Program-made: the position numbers and the translations under genes | Part shown: positions 63,197 through 64,000 of the stretch, piece after piece | How positions within the stretch are numbered: the first letter of the stretch is position 1 | Layout: every line of letters begins with the position of its first letter | Origin: Azolla caroliniana | Taxonomy: Eukaryota > Plantae > Polypodiophyta | Reading direction: 5' to 3' | Assembly (NCBI GenBank): GCA_043228905.1 | Contig: JBHGNT010000012.1 | Coordinates: 1,736,001-1,800,000, forward strand | Length of the DNA stretch: 64,000 bases | Notes under the pieces: model-generated | Database searches by the model: none | The model's input: the letters and a program-made list of their open reading frames with translations, nothing else | Told to the model about the DNA's origin: nothing

Positions 63197-63883
63197 GAAA
63201 GAAAGAAATATATACTAACTTCTTCTAAGGCCAAAATTGGCCCATGAGACAATTGGTATACAACAAAATAGGGTGTTGACCCAATCATCAAAAATAAAAA
63301 TAGATCTTAAGTTAAAATAGTTCTAGTATTGTACAAAACATGTTATGATGTAACATATTCAATAAAGGAAATGACTTTGTACTAGGACTATTGTCATTTC
63401 CACCCAAGCCTCTCAAAAAGAAGTGGGAAGTCAAAGGGTTTCGGTGTGGGTGTGACCCGTGGTCCAACCATGGCTTCTAGGCGGTATAGCTCATGTTCCC
63501 TTATTTTCTTAATTGCTTCTACACCATGTCGAGTTGCTTTGAAACCCGACATCCGAGGGCATTGGGTTCTTCTTTGGTTTTCTGCTTCATCAAGGAAGAG
63601 GTCGAGTGGTGGAGGTGTGTCCACATTCGTCATCTCCCCCTGTCACTGAAAAACTTCATTTGTTACATGTTGGTGAATCTTACAAACGTTATTGTCAACA
63701 TTTTGTAGTTTATTCTTTCTATATTGTTTTAGCTCTAAGATATATCTGCCTAATTTCTTTATATTTAGAGTATCTAATAGTTTGGGCATGGTGGGAGAGG
63801 GACCGAGTATGTCTTGGTATTTTGTCCTATCTCGACATAAGTTGGACATATTGCATGTAAAGTGGTACTCATCCTTTATCTCT
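63197..63883 (-). mobile_element. 5'-truncated, decayed copy of the same LINE family
   Basis: Encodes KYQDILGPSPT..KKLGRYILELK..EAENQRRT..LLFERLGWK*. Shares the 3' UTR and has a (TTTC)n tail at ~63197-63208. Confidence 0.93.
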
Positions 63884-64000
63884 TTTTTCTTTTTCTTTTT
63901 TTTTGTAAAATCACACAGTTATATTAATTGCATGTAAAAAAAACCACTATCACAACTTGTAAGTCATCTTTACATATCTACATAAAGAGATACATATTCA

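Overview
AT-rich eukaryotic land-plant DNA. PLS-type PPR content, gene structure and the transposon mix suggest a seed-free plant such as a fern (inference only). The first ~44 kb hold five host genes: an intronless PLS-class PPR ORF running off the left edge (-), UPF3 (-, 12 coding exons), a UBP20/21-like deubiquitinase with a U12-type intron (+), a B4-group PB1/Raf-like MAP3K (-) and ASF1 (-). MITE-like elements, minisatellites and decayed retroelements lie between them. One rearranged Copia (16460-19187) has its 3' end replaced by an inverted copy of its own LTR-end/PBS/gag, and the unit is bounded by TG..CA and a 5-bp TSD. The last 16 kb are a three-level nest: an RT/RNaseH-less Copia (48241-63018), a full-length APE-RT LINE inside its 3' LTR, and an intact, very young Copia inside LINE ORF2. 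The strongest candidate for something new is in that LINE: ORF1 and ORF2 are in the same frame, separated by a single UGA in a UGA-CGG readthrough-type context. All calls come from manual reading and translation; no database search was run.
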